Shown here: piece after piece, positions 11,723 to 24,119 of the stretch
Layout of the letters: the number at the start of each line of letters is the position of its first letter
Numbering within the stretch: position 1 is the stretch's first letter
From: Blasia pusilla
Taxonomy: Eukaryota
Reading direction: 5' to 3'
NCBI GenBank assembly: GCA_050084515.1
Contig: CM114271.1
Span: forward strand, 19,158,001-19,222,000
Length of the DNA stretch: 64,000 nt
Notes under the pieces: model-generated
What the model saw: the letters and a program-made list of their open reading frames with translations, nothing else
Told to the model about the DNA's origin: nothing
The model's database searches: none
Made by a program: the position numbers and the translations under genes

Positions 11723-14700
11723 TACAAAGAGAGAATGAGGATTTTAGAGCTATGATGGAGGAGCTTGCTAGTGTTTGCTGTTTGTTGTAGGTTGGGGAAT
11801 TTTGTTCCCCACTTCATGGCTCACGGGAGTGCTCATGGGAGCAAGAGCCATTCGTTTGATGTCATTTCTTATTGATTTTTCGTACGAGAGGGTGGCGCGC
11901 GGAAGCGCTACCCAAATTTTGGTACAGATATAGTATGGGGGCAGATTGCTCTATATTGGTACTCTTGGGAGCACCATGTAGCTTTCTGATTTGTGATTTT
12001 ATAGGTTGAAAGTTTTTCGTTGGAAGAAATCAGCGCGGAAGCGCTGCCAAAATTCCTCTAGGAGAAGAGACGTTGGGCATTACGACAATCCAAGTCAATT
12101 TTTATTGGAATGTCCGATTCAAAATACTTTTTGACATTGTCGTAGATTGTTAAGCTCTACACGTTGTGCAATAGACAATGTGCAATTTGGAGCTATGAGC
12201 AGAAAGTTATGGCCAATTTTGTAAATTTCCAATTTTTAGGGTAAAAATTTCCAAACCCTAAACTAGCTGCCCCTATCACCGTCCACCTTCACCGTCAGTG
12301 CCGTCACCATCACCATCACCGTCCGTAGTCCGTCGTCCATGCTGTTGCCGCTTGCATTTCTGCCGCCGCCCTTTGCCATTGCCTCTGCCGCTTCCGCCGC
12401 CACTTGTCACCTCACCGTGGTTTGTTGCCGTTGTCGGTATTAGTTGCTACTACCGCCGTGGCAAGTTGCTGCCAACATGAGTTGTCACCGCCGCCATTTT
12501 CCCCCACCGACGTCTCTACCGTAGCTGCTTGCCATCTCGTCGCCACGACCGCCACTATCAGCTGCCGTTACCGCCGCCAACACGAGTTTTCGCCGCCGCC
12601 GCGGCTGTTCAAGACGACCACCAGACAGCAACACTGATTAAGGCCAGGTAGGGCCCCCGTTGCCGTACTTGGGGAGTCTGTATGAGTCATTCCCACTCAT
12701 TAACTCGCAACTTCGATTGTGTGACCTTTTTGGATTCATGGGATCATAGTTTCTTTTCCACTTTGCTATGTTATGATTGGTAGCCGCTCGACGACGATCG
12801 AGTACCGTGTCGTGACGCCCGTAGCCGCAACACGCTGCTGATTGCCGTGCCGTGCCGCTTGTGGCCACACCGCACCGTCTCGATCGCGGAACCACACCAT
12901 CATTGGGGAGAAGAGTATATGTTACTATTGAGGAGGGTATGCCGCTAAGTGCCACATCCGTTAATGAGTGTCGTGCCATTTGTAGCCGTTTCGTGCCGCC
13001 AGTGTTGCACCGGACCGCTGGAATTGCACCGCACATCGAGGAGATTTGAGCATCATCAGTACCAAAGGAGTACGACGTGCTATTTGGAGGATTTTTCTTT
13101 ACGAGCGGGTTGGGGTCAAGATTTACAGTTGTTGAGGAGCGACATTGACATTTATTGTCAGGTTACCCATTCTAGTCTTTTTCTCTACACGTGTTAGGGA
13201 TTTTCGGGTATTGGGAAGTTATTTGGGATATTGGGTTTCATGCTGACGTTGAAAGCATTGATGATGGGATGTCCAAAGTTGAGGATGTCCAGAGTTGGGG
13301 ATGGTTTGTCGATGAGACGATAGATCATTAGATTTGCTGCATCACGTCGCTTGTTGCCGCATAGCACACGCCTTAGTGAGAGAGTGTAGATTAAGTGCCG
13401 CATGTTTAGTTTGAGTGATTGAGGGATTATCACGAGATTGAGATTGATCATGTGAGAGGAGCACGAGGTTCATCACAGTGTCCTTTCAGGATTTTGAGAG
13501 GCAAGGTAGAGGACCTGAGAGTAGCTCTGGAGGGTTTACCCGGAGTGGCGTGAGGTTTCGAGTGTCTCCACGTGAGAGGCCACCTTGATCTCCTTCTGCG
13601 TCGTCTTCAGACGAGGGGGAGAATGTACATGAGTGTGTTAGTGATCCACCGCACATATTGAGTGGTCCTACTTGTTTGGCATACAAGATTTTTGCGACCC
13701 TCATAACCAAACAAACACAAAATAGGCACCAAGCGGAACATCATACAGAGTGGACTTTGTACGCCACACTTGGATTCCAACCCGTGATTCATTTTGTGTG
13801 AGTCTCGGTTAGGGACTCATTGGATTTCCATCGGATAATTGGAACCGCCAAGCGCAAAATGCCGTTTGAGGTTCCTAAACCGACCAGAAAGTCTATCCCA
13901 AGTCTTTCGAGACTTGCCTGTGTTGTAAACCGCGAGACTAGGAAGGTTGAGCTTGATGGGAGACCGAGACGAGAACTCAGAAAGTTAGCCCGCTGATTGA
14001 TCCAAGACCCCACTAATAGGAGTGCATGTTTGGATGCGGATCAACGTTGAGAGCGTGACCTAGTGAACGCACGCTTCCGCAATAACAAAGATTAACGTTT
14101 AAGGAGAGTAGGCGCACGAGAGAGATGGACGACCGGGATAGAGGATTGCGTAGGTTTTTTGGGTCATGTAAGCACTATAGAGTTAGAGGACTTCATTGCA
14201 GAGTTTAGGAGTTGGTGTGACTCATAGCGGGCTAGGAACTCAAGAGAGTTCAACCCGTTTACAGCATCGAACGGTATGCTCCAGCATTTGGAGGGGGCGC
14301 CCATGGACGATAACCATGAGTTTTCCCACATATATGCCTAGGAGATTAAGGAATGGCAAATATACTATGACCCACATTATGTGTCATGGACTAAGCCGTT
14401 TCTCGATGAGGAGGAGGAGTCAAGAGAGGCCTCTTCGTCTTCCGCGAGTGATGTTTCAGGAGGGGTCACTCAAACTGGAGCAGTCTAGTCAGTTTTGCCC
14501 TAGGTTCAACCCCATGGTTGAGTTCTTTGCTAAGTTGCAGAGGAGCTACCATGGGGTACGGACGGAGAAGTTACGGAGCATCGAGGACTTCCAGAGGCGC
14601 CCGGGTGAGAGTTTGCGTGAAGCCAGAATTCCCTTACCTACTTCCTTATGTAATGTACAACTCTTCGCACAAAGACTACCTTCAGTCTTCTTTTGCAAAG

Positions 14701-15692
14701 AAGCTTTTCCAATCTTCGTTGACAATCTTCACCACTATTCCTACTGCGGTCTTCCTTACAAAGTACCCGCGCTTCTTGTTCTAGCTTATTTTCCCCTCCT
14801 CTCCTACTTTTACACAATTCTCACTCTTCCAAGATAGTCCTTAATCTCTTACTACTTCTTGTCTTTTCATCAGAGTTCTGGCATCCCATGTTGTCACACC
14901 CCTTTTTGTAAAGTAAACATCTTTACTTCTGATATTGAGTCTTTTAGTCTTCACTCAAGGGAGGCTTCACTACAATTTTTTACAAAAATTGATCTTTATA
15001 CCAAAATTTCAAAAATGCGGGCACTACATCTCACTCCGTGATAGTTCCTCCCCAACTCTTGGAAGAACTCAACCAACGAGTTGAACGCAGGTGGTACGCG
15101 GTTGGTCATACTCGTAAGACGTGGGTCGACAACTCCTCCAACTAGGGTGGGCCTAGAGGTCGTGCGGTAGGCGGTTCCGTTGGGGGATGAGGAGCTAGAG
15201 TTTTCGGAGGGGTTGGTGGAGTTGCCCGTGGAGGAGGTAGAGTCCCACCACCTAGATGCGTCGAGGGAGACGCCAGGCGTGAGGCTCGGATGGCTGCTTA
15301 GATACAGCAGCAGATTGCTCTATGGAACTTAAGTTACCCGATGCCAGATCGGTGGCATCAACGTCATATGGAGCAGCCACAGATATAGAGGATCCTAGTT
15401 GGATGTGCGGGATTGCCCAGATGGAGGTCACCATAGTTGTTACGTGTGGATTAGCCGTACATTTGGATCCATAGCAAGAGGAAGCCAGGAAATAGACCAC
15501 GCTTCCTCAATCTTTCACGTTGTCCGAGGCGATAAGGATCCCATCGATGGGTCTTGATCAGAGTTCCCAGAGAGTTGGTGATGTTGTTAGTGTGCAAGCA
15601 CGGAGGGCGATGGGAGAAGCAAGTGCAACGACTCTTATTGCTCATGCTCAAAAGGAGCATGTGTCAAGCACGTTGTTGGGGATGGCCACCGT

Positions 15693-16974
15693 TGTCGTGT
15701 CGAGAGCCTTTCTTAGAGTAACGGCGTACCTTGTAGCTGTAATAGTCGTGGTTGATGGAAGTCGAACTCTATAAGAATTTCTCCTTTTTCAGTACATAAT
15801 TATTATGTAAACTCTCCATTCTCTCATGACAGGAATCACGAATGGTAGTGCCGAGTCGATCACTTCTTCATAACATGGAGCCCCAAAATTCCTAACTATG
15901 AAATCCGTATTAACTACTTTACGTTTGTACACAAGTTAAATAACACAATTAGTGTTAAACCATACTCGAGCAAGCCTATTGACGTCCATGGATAGTTATA
16001 TAAGAACATACAAAGTGAAATCCCATGTCCTTCCGTACGTGACTATAGGAAGAATCACCGGTGTTAGAGATTGCATGACTTGACTCCTGAACGCGTCCCC
16101 AAAGTGATAAACTAGATAGCAAGTGAACTAATGTCTATTTATAAAGAGAATCTTGACGTGGTATGGGTTAAGAAAAGGAAAATCCGGCACAACTTGTGCT
16201 CCATCCATATCCATACTTGACAAACATCCTCTACTCTCCTCTAGAATGGGATTTGGCTTAGTTGCTCTCCCAAGAGGGATAATCCACTCTCGTTGGGAAA
16301 ATAACAAGCCAATCCATCGTTTATTTCTAGTATGACTAAATTCATCTAAGGTGACAAGTCTCTCATCTCCACACATACCACACTCTAGAAACCTTTCGGA
16401 GAATAGACCAAGGCCAAGTTATTCTCCCAAGAAGGGTTATTCACTCTCATTGGAAGAGCAAGAAATCCCAAAGCCATACAACTCAAGAATGACACGAGAG
16501 ACTCAAGATGTGAAGTAGAAGGTGATGAACCCTTGAAGGTCCCTCCTTTTTATATACTCACAAGGGATCCACAAGAATACAAAATAGGGCTAATCTTATC
16601 TTGTGCCACATGGCTTCCTCTCAAGGCTTAGCCAATCATATTTTGACACAAGTATATTACCTCTTATCTCTTCCAAAATATCCTCTTTTACTCCCTTCAT
16701 ATCTTCCAAACTACCCCACCAACCCTAGCCACCAACCAAGACTACTTTTGCTTTTATTTTATTAAAGCACTAACCCCATTTCTTTACTTTTCTAATCCCA
16801 TCTTTTATTTATTATCTTTTTTCCTTAAGTTGGGCCCGCGAAAATGAGTCACCCTAAAGAGGTTTAAACATGAGAATTTCATTTTCCTAGGCTAATTTAC
16901 TTAATACTAGTAAAACTCTCTCTAACACTTAATGATAGAGGAGTTTATATAACACGTGATTTTACTATATGACA
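15693..16974 (-). repeat. Family A solo LTR inserted into family B copy 2
   Basis: tgtcgtgtcg...ctatatgaca, 1282 bp, TSD CCGT (15689-15692 / 16975-16978). The empty site accgttgtgt is visible in copy 4 at ~61421. Confidence 0.95.
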
Positions 16975-18039
16975 CCGTTGTGTACCGGGCTCCTTTATTT
17001 TTTGCTTCCGATGTTATGACGTTGGGAGGAACGTCCGTCGAGGTTTTTTCGGCTGCCCGCTAGGTTATGTGAGCATGGAGTTGGAGTTCTTGCATCACAT
17101 TCAGAGGTGATTCCAAAGGAAGTGATGAACCTGCCATTGGAGCCTATGCTCAGGTCGTCCACGTCAAATTCATGGCAGAGCTACGGTTGCTAGGATGGCG
17201 AAGATTCCCGCTAGACCCGCGATAGAGTGTGCGATGGCTTCTCCTGGTGTTGTGTTGCTGTATAACCGAGGAGAGGTCTTCCAGTTGGTGAGTCCATGAG
17301 GTAGAGTTTTTAGTCCACACCGCGTCTTGTTGGATTCAGGAGCGCAACCCCTAATGCTGGGTAAGCGGCATTCAGAGGATTGGGCTTGATGAGAGCCGAT
17401 GTGGAGCGTTATCCATTCCAGATACAGACATCCTTGGATGGAGCAAGTACCACACAATATATCACCTGAGAGGAGATCGTGGTGAGGATTTGCTTAGGAC
17501 ACCCTACAGATGAGTCCGTGGTGCGAGCCAAGGCGATAGTGACCGATGTAGAGTCCTATGACGCCTTGGTTAGTGGAGCAGTGTTGTATCCGATGGGGTT
17601 TTTCCTAGATTACTGGAAGGAGTCAGCGTCCTCCAACAGACTAGGATGGCATTAAGGTGATAGGCGCCTTAGCTCATTACCCGTTTGATTCATCGGTGGA
17701 TTGATCAAGTGGCGACCAAGAGAGATGGCGACCTTAGCAGCATTTAGCAGCGCCATCATTTGGCCTAGTGATTTGATTGAGGGACATGTCCAAGCAGAGG
17801 ACACTCCCACTCCTGACATTTCTATGGAGAGGAGTGTCATTGTAGTTGCATCATTCTGTGGGGGAGAGGTGCTACTTTGGGGGTTGACTGAGGAGCTTCT
17901 ACGCTTAGCCACTGAGCATGTGCAGACCGTGGGGAGCGAGGTGTTTGCACCAGAGTGTGACGGGTTAGAGGAACCGGAGGTAGCCATGAGTGCTACTATG
18001 ATCCCTTTGGACACCAACCCGATTGTCTGGTGCATCCTA

Positions 18040-18960
18040 GAGAAGGGTATTCGCGTGCTGGATCTCTTTGGAGGGATAAGCACTGGTTTAGTTATTGTTT
18101 TGCACGTAGGAGTGCGCGTACACCTGTACCTGTATATTGAGATTGATGATGTTGCGAGACGCGCTTCACTTCACCATGTGGCGCAGTTATGCATCCATTT
18201 TCCCGACTTGTTGTCTACGTCCTCTGTCCAAGGATACTAGAGTTCCCTACCGAGGGATATTTCATTGTTGGGGGGCGTAGGTATTGGAGCGGGTAGGGAC
18301 CATAGACTTGGTCATTGATGGTTGGCTGTGTCAGGGCCAATCGAGTGCTAGCGGGTTAGCTGACTCTCAATCCAGGTTATTTTGGGAGATGATGCGGATT
18401 TTGCAACATCTGTAGGAGCATTAGTCTCGTTCTCCAGCATACATTCTGGAGAATGTGTTGATCTTGGGAGATTCGAGGTCACGGGTGATGACGAGTGAAC
18501 ATTAGGTGCAAGCATGGATCCGCCTAGCGTATTTTTGGATGCGGCGAGTGTAGGTTCACGAGCACATCGTCGGCGTCTTTGGTGGACCAACTTGGTGCCA
18601 CATGAGGTTTTGCGTAGGGTATATTCAGGTCATCAATCATAGGCAGTGAGGCACGATGATCGACCGTCGTTGATTGTGGTCAAGAGAATTGGCATGCCAC
18701 ACGTAGCCTTTCCCACATTTGTGAGTTTTCCCACTTCCTATGCATTCAAGGAGGCCGGACCTCGCTTGGTTTGGGATGACCAGGTACAGTGGTTGGTGGA
18801 GCCCAATATCGATGAGCGAGAGCAAGCGATGGAATTCCCCACAAGAGTGATGGGAGTACTATCACTATCACAGGCATCACGACGTCATGTCTTGGGTCAG
18901 GCAATGGACCTGAACGGCTTGACATGGATTTTTAGCTTAGGAGTAGCTGAGCAACGTTGT
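18040..18960 (+). pseudogene. DNMT3-like C5 cytosine methyltransferase domain of copy 2 (disrupted)
   Basis: IRVLDLFGGISTGL (I), YLYIEIDD (II), DLVIDGWLCQG (IV), YILENV (VI), AHRRRLWWTNL (VIII), EREQAMEFP (IX), RRHVLGQAMDL (X), in canonical order. Confidence 0.9.
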
Positions 18961-21900
18961 TTGAGGATGCGACAAATCAGAGCTATTGCGTTGGTGAGCC
19001 CCATGCCTACCAAGATGGTTGAGGCAGTGGCTGGGGACGAGACCCGAGGAGATCGACACACCAGGGGTGATCGGGAGACACATCCTTGGACTTCTTGGGA
19101 TGTTTTGCAGGTACGCCAGGAGATGATAGCCACAATATCGAGCGTGGTTTCGGGTACTGTACATGGAGATGAGAGTTTGCCGTTCGCTGTAGGGGAGCAT
19201 CCAAGTTCTACTGTCCGAGACGGCGTTGTACCATAGCAACCACCAACATCCGTGTTGGAGAGTCTTACCGTAGTCACGATGAAGACTTAGGAGCTAGATA
19301 TGGGCCCTAAGTTGATAGTAGGAGAGCGGCGCCGGATACACGAGTTCCTTAGGAGTTATAGTAGTTGTTTTGCATTTAGCATGCATGATTTGGGTACGCT
19401 TAAGGGCCCAGGGATCCGCATTGAGTTGTCAGTGACACGCCGATCTTCCGACGATCCTAGAGGTGTAGTGACATGGAGAGGGCTTTGATTGAGTAGGAGC
19501 AAAGACTTGGTTGGAGCAAGACTTGTGGAGATGTCGCATGGAGAATATGCATCCGCCACTTTCATGCTCGCCAAGAAGGATGTGCATAGCAACTGGACAA
19601 ATAGGCAATTGTGGGGAGACTACCTACCTATCAATCGGCAGACAAAGTCCAATAGTTATGCCATGCCCACGCTTGAGGAGATCTTTGATGCTATTGGGCA
19701 TGCAAAGGTCTTTAGTTCGTTAGATCTTCGAGTTGGATACCATCAACTGCCTATCAGATTGGAGGACAGGTACAAGACGGTATTTTGGGGCACCAATCCT
19801 CACGGGAAGGATTTCTTGAACCAGTAGTGGTTCTTACTATTTGGGTTAAAGAACGCACCAGTTGAGTTTTAGAGGGTCATGGATAGGATCTTGGCAAGTC
19901 TGGATTTTGCTAGGTGTTATATTGATGACATTGTAGTCTTAAGCACCATGGTTGAGGAGCATGAGCGACATCTTGAGGAGATTTTTCGACGATTGTAATT
20001 ACATGGGCTCAAGCTACATCTAGGCAAGTGCAAGTTCTTCTACGACTAGATTGAGTACTTGGGTCATTCGATATATCCAAGGGCCTTGGTGTCCAGCAAA
20101 CGAACATAGAGGCTATTTCACCCATTCCATGCCCTACAGATGTGAGTCAAGTTCATGCATTCATGGGATTAGCAAACTTCTATCGACGGAACATCAAGGG
20201 TTTTAATTCGATTGCGAAGCCGCTAACCTTGCTGACCAAGGTGGATCAAGAGTGGCACTAGGGGGGCTCAAGCAAGAGAGAGCATTTTAGCTGCTCAAGG
20301 ACATATTGACGTCCGCGCCCCTATTGAGAAGACCAATCAAGGGACGACCTTTCCAGTTGCATACCAATTGGAGCATGTTGGGGCTTGGAGCCGTGCTCAC
20401 CCAGCATGAGGATGATGGTAGAGAGTTTGTGGTGGCTTACGCTAGTTGCTTGAACAACGTTGTAGAGGCAAAGTGTAGCTCGTACAAGGGTGAGTACTTG
20501 GCTGCAATGTGGGTTGTCGCATATTTCATATGTTATCTATTGGGGAACCCCTTTACCATCATTGCAAATCATTAGCCACTTAAGTGGTTGATGAAGTCCG
20601 ACAAGCTTACAAGGAAGCTTGTGAGGTAGGCTCTTTTGTTGCAGGAGTATGACTTCCAGGTGGTGCATAGACCTGGGACGCTCAACTAGGATCTAGATGG
20701 TTTAAGCCATAATCCATGCCTGAGTCAACGAGGTGCGACTGGAGCTCGTTGGCATGGTGAGAGTGATGAGGAGTTGGTGCCAGGATGGCACGCACTAGCC
20801 TATTTGGGCTTGTTGATTATGGACAGCCAGATTGCTGAGACTTTGATGGTGAGGTCAGATGGAGAGTCCTTAGATCCAGAGGCCAATGAGGAGACGACAG
20901 GTGGCCGAGATATTCAGGACGATGAAGTAGTCTTGGAGTACCTGCGTACCCGCAGCATTGCGAGCACAGTGGGTGCTAGACAGTAAAATCGGATCCTACA
21001 GCAAGCCAGACGGTTCCGGCGGGAGAGAACACATGTGTTGCGAGTTTGGAAGTAGTGCCTCATCCTTCAGAGAGAACATGTTTGGTGCGTCATGGCCACG
21101 AGGAGTTGGGTCATTTTGGAGTAAAGCGGATCTACAGCTTGCTCCAAATACACTATTGGTGGCGAGGTATGGAGACTAACGTTCAGTAGTTTGTTTCCAA
21201 GTGCATGGTTTGTGATCGGATCTAGGCATCGTTCAATGCTCCCACTCCACAGTTGCATCCACTTCCGATCATGGGTTTAGGTTAAAGATTGAGTTTGGAT
21301 TTTGCAAGACCTTTACCTTTGACGGAGCGCCATAGTCGTTATGTGTTGGTGATGATGGAGCACTTCTCTAAGTAGATAGAGTTGGTTGCATTGCCTAACA
21401 AAGCGAGTGAGGGGGTAAGGGATGCCTTCCTAGATCGAGTGCTAAGTCATTATGGCACACCAGCTGAGGTGTGTCAGGCCAGGGTACAGAGTTTCGCGGG
21501 GAAATTCAAGCCTTGTGTGATCAGGCGTTGATCGACCACCACACCACTTCGCGAGATCATCTTGAGGCGGATGGACTAGCAGAGAGGGTTGTGGAGACAG
21601 TGAAGAGAGGATTGCGCAAGTACGGCTTGCACAGAGGTCACCTAGGAGATTGGGACCTCCAATTTCCGTGGTTGGCGATGGGATAAAAATTCAGCAGGCA
21701 TCCTTAGCATCTTTCTCACCGTACTTGCTACTTTATGGCCAAGAGCCAGATTTAACTGTGGCGATTTGTTGAGATATTGGTGAGGTGTTGACTCTTGATG
21801 ACCTTGATGTATGGATGCAAGCATGTTCTTAGAGGGCTGAGTTTTTTTGAAGAGTGATGCCCATGGCGTTTGAGAACTTGGCGATTGCGTAGCATCAGGA

Positions 21901-22184
21901 TATGTTGAGGTATGCGATAGGTGGTTATTGACCTACTATCCGAAGGTTTTATCAAGGAGACTATGTCTACTTGCAGCAGACGATACCCACGACGTTGGAT
22001 GTGACTACAGGGCGCATCATCTTGAGAGTGCGTGAGATTTTTCCATCCGGTATTCTCTTATTGGAGAGACGTGATGGTATAGTTTGGAAGGACCATGTGC
22101 GTAATTGTGCGCCGGCTATGTCATCTTCCAAACATTTACTGTACAATTGATCCAAGCTTAGAAGTAGTTCTTGCAGGCTTGCGA

Positions 22185-22319
22185 TGTATGTTGTGTGGTT
22201 CTGCCCATGGTACAGCCACTATGCTAGTTTGTGATGGGTGTTCGAGAGGGTGGCATATGGCATGTCTGACGCCACCTCTCACTAGAGTTCCTCAGGGATG
22301 ATGGATGTGTCCCAGATGT
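22185..22319 (+). other. PHD finger (C4HC3) at integrase C-terminus, family B
   Basis: CMLCGSAHGTATMLVCDGCSRGWHMACLTPPLTRVPQG*WMCPRC. The same domain is at 8205-8337 and ~35555-35690. Confidence 0.9.
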
Positions 22320-22496
22320 ACATAGAGTAGGTAGTTCTAGATTCTGACTTATGTCTGTGACATGGATGATAAGAAGGGGACTAACTATGGGGCCACATGA
22401 GCAACCGGCCTTTCTGCTCTTAGCGTCTGAGAGATGTATGCCATGGTAGGTAGGGATAGATGGCTATCGAGAGTTAGAGGGATCTAACCACCAGCT

Positions 22497-23278
22497 AGGG
22501 GGACAATTGGAGATATTTTGGTACTTCTTGTCTCATTTTTTGGATGCTATGAGTTAGCATGGGATCGTGTGTATTTGTGTGTATGTTTGTTGACAACGAT
22601 GTATGTTGTGTAGCGATGTGTATGCGCACGACAATTGTCACGACTTATAGGATAGACTAGCGAGATCTAGTAGAATGCCTTCAGAGATACTGGAGGGCAA
22701 CCTCAAGACGTTGAGGATGACTTGTTGAGGCCACGAAAAATCTACGAGAGCAGGTTTTCCCTTCGTTGGGGCTCATTTGGAGCCATATAGAGAAACTTAC
22801 TATTTTGGGTAAGTTTCCATTTGGAGTATAGTTAACTTTACACTTTGGGAATTGGCTCCTGACCCGCTACAGTAGGTCAAGAGCCAAGGAGGTGACCTTC
22901 GAGCATAGATTACCAAGGAGAGAGCTTGGGAGAGGGAAGGGATTATACCTCCAAGAGAGAGAGCTTGAGAGCTCATTCTCTCTTTGTCGAACCGCTTGGC
23001 ATGAGGCGGCAGAGCTATGGTCTTGCTTGCCTTGTGTGTATAACCCAAGCCTCTCATTAGGAGAGCGGATTTGGTTTGACATGAGAGAGAGTGTACACCA
23101 TGGAGAGATTGGTGTGAGATGTTGAGAGAGATCTACTTGAGTTGGGGGCAATTGGAGATATTTTGGTACTTCTTGTCTCGTTGTTTGGATGACATGAGTT
23201 AGCATGGGATTGTGCGTGTTTGTGTGTATGTTTGTTGACGGTGATGTATGTTGTGTAGCCATGTGTATGCGCTCGACA
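22497..23278 (+). repeat. Family B 3' terminal repeats B1-A2-B2
   Basis: B1 22497-22633 (agggggacaattggagatatttt...gcacgaca), 2-nt spacer 'at', A2 22636-23140 (tgtcacgac...), B2 ~23144-23278 (gggggcaattggagatatttt...gctcgaca). Confidence 0.9.
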
Positions 23279-23282
23279 GGTC

Positions 23283-24119
23283 CTTGAATCCACAATTGAG
23301 GCATATAGCTAGGAAAGAGAACTCAATAGTTGACATGTTGTCTAGAGCTAGATTTAATCAAGAAGAAGATATAGAGGCAACCATTTGCTTCGATGAATCT
23401 AGAGGCAAATGGCAAGAGCGAAAGGGGGCATCCGCTAATCATTCAAGTTTTGGTAAAAGTGTGTGGAGACCGTTATGTTAATTAGCCTAGATTGCTTCCA
23501 TTTTATTTATGGGCAGATAGAACCACTCACAACACCGTTACAAGGTTTATTCCTACAAAGTTGATGAGGTTCAAAAGCCAATAAGGCCAGCAGAAAGAGA
23601 TATTCCCATTTGGATGGGTTTGCCGTGGGAGGACAAGCTCAATAGCGAAGAGCTCCTAGCGCTTCGAATGCAGCAACTAGAGCAACGTGAAAACGATATA
23701 GCATAAGCATTAGTCGAAATGAAGAAAGCAAGGCTAAAAAACAAGGAGCGCTTGGAAAAAACCCATTGACTTTGAAAGGAGCCTATAAGAGAAGGAGATT
23801 GGGTCTTGGTGCAGGACAATAGCCTTGACAACCAACATAGTACAATTAAGAAGTTTGAACGTCGTTGGTTTGGTTCATATGTTGTAGTCTTTATTTTTTA
23901 CAATGCCACTTATAAACTACGTGAGCTAGATGGCACAATTCTCAAGTTGCCCATTGCAGGAAAAAGGGTCAAGGTTTTCCATGGTCGTGAGGGATTTCTT
24001 GATTTCAATGAATCAATTTAATCTATCTAAAGAAATAGCAAAAATAAGCCTGAGTAAAATAGCAAGAAGTCTTGATATTTCGGCACATGCCAGAGGATAT
24101 ATAGTTCTGGAGGGGTGAA
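23283..24119 (+). pseudogene. Family A Gypsy pol fragment, right part (RNase H end, internally deleted integrase C-terminus) and PPT
   Basis: LRHIARKENSIVDMLSR; GPY/F-like KFERRWFGSYVV..NATYKLRELDG. Purine tract ggaggggtgaa lies immediately before the LTR start at 24120. Confidence 0.8.

Larger units (their letters stand above)
11219..23278 (+). mobile_element. Gypsy family B copy 2, both ends present, decayed (gag-PR-DNMT-RT-RH-INT-PHD)
   Basis: Termini ta(g)tcacgac ... cgctcgaca with 4-bp TSD GGTC (11215-11218 / 23279-23282), inserted in family A RNase H. gag ATG 14125, PR LLDSGAQPLMLG ~17327, DNMT ~18040-18960, RT ~19300-20100 (CYIDDIVV), RH ~20300-20710, INT ~20900-22130, PHD 22185-22319. 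Confidence 0.92.

Noticed and set aside
12270-12640. Pro/Arg-rich ORFs from (ccg/cca)-rich sequence
   Set aside because: Low-complexity GC-rich leader of family B, mirrored at 4400-4520 in copy 1; no evidence that it is coding.
11219-23278. DIRS/Ngaro tyrosine-recombinase element (suggested by split repeats plus a methyltransferase)
   Set aside because: It has an aspartic protease, an HHCC/DDE integrase and a 4-bp TSD. No YR motifs were seen, and the MTase is C5-type (PC/ENV), not the DIRS adenine-type.
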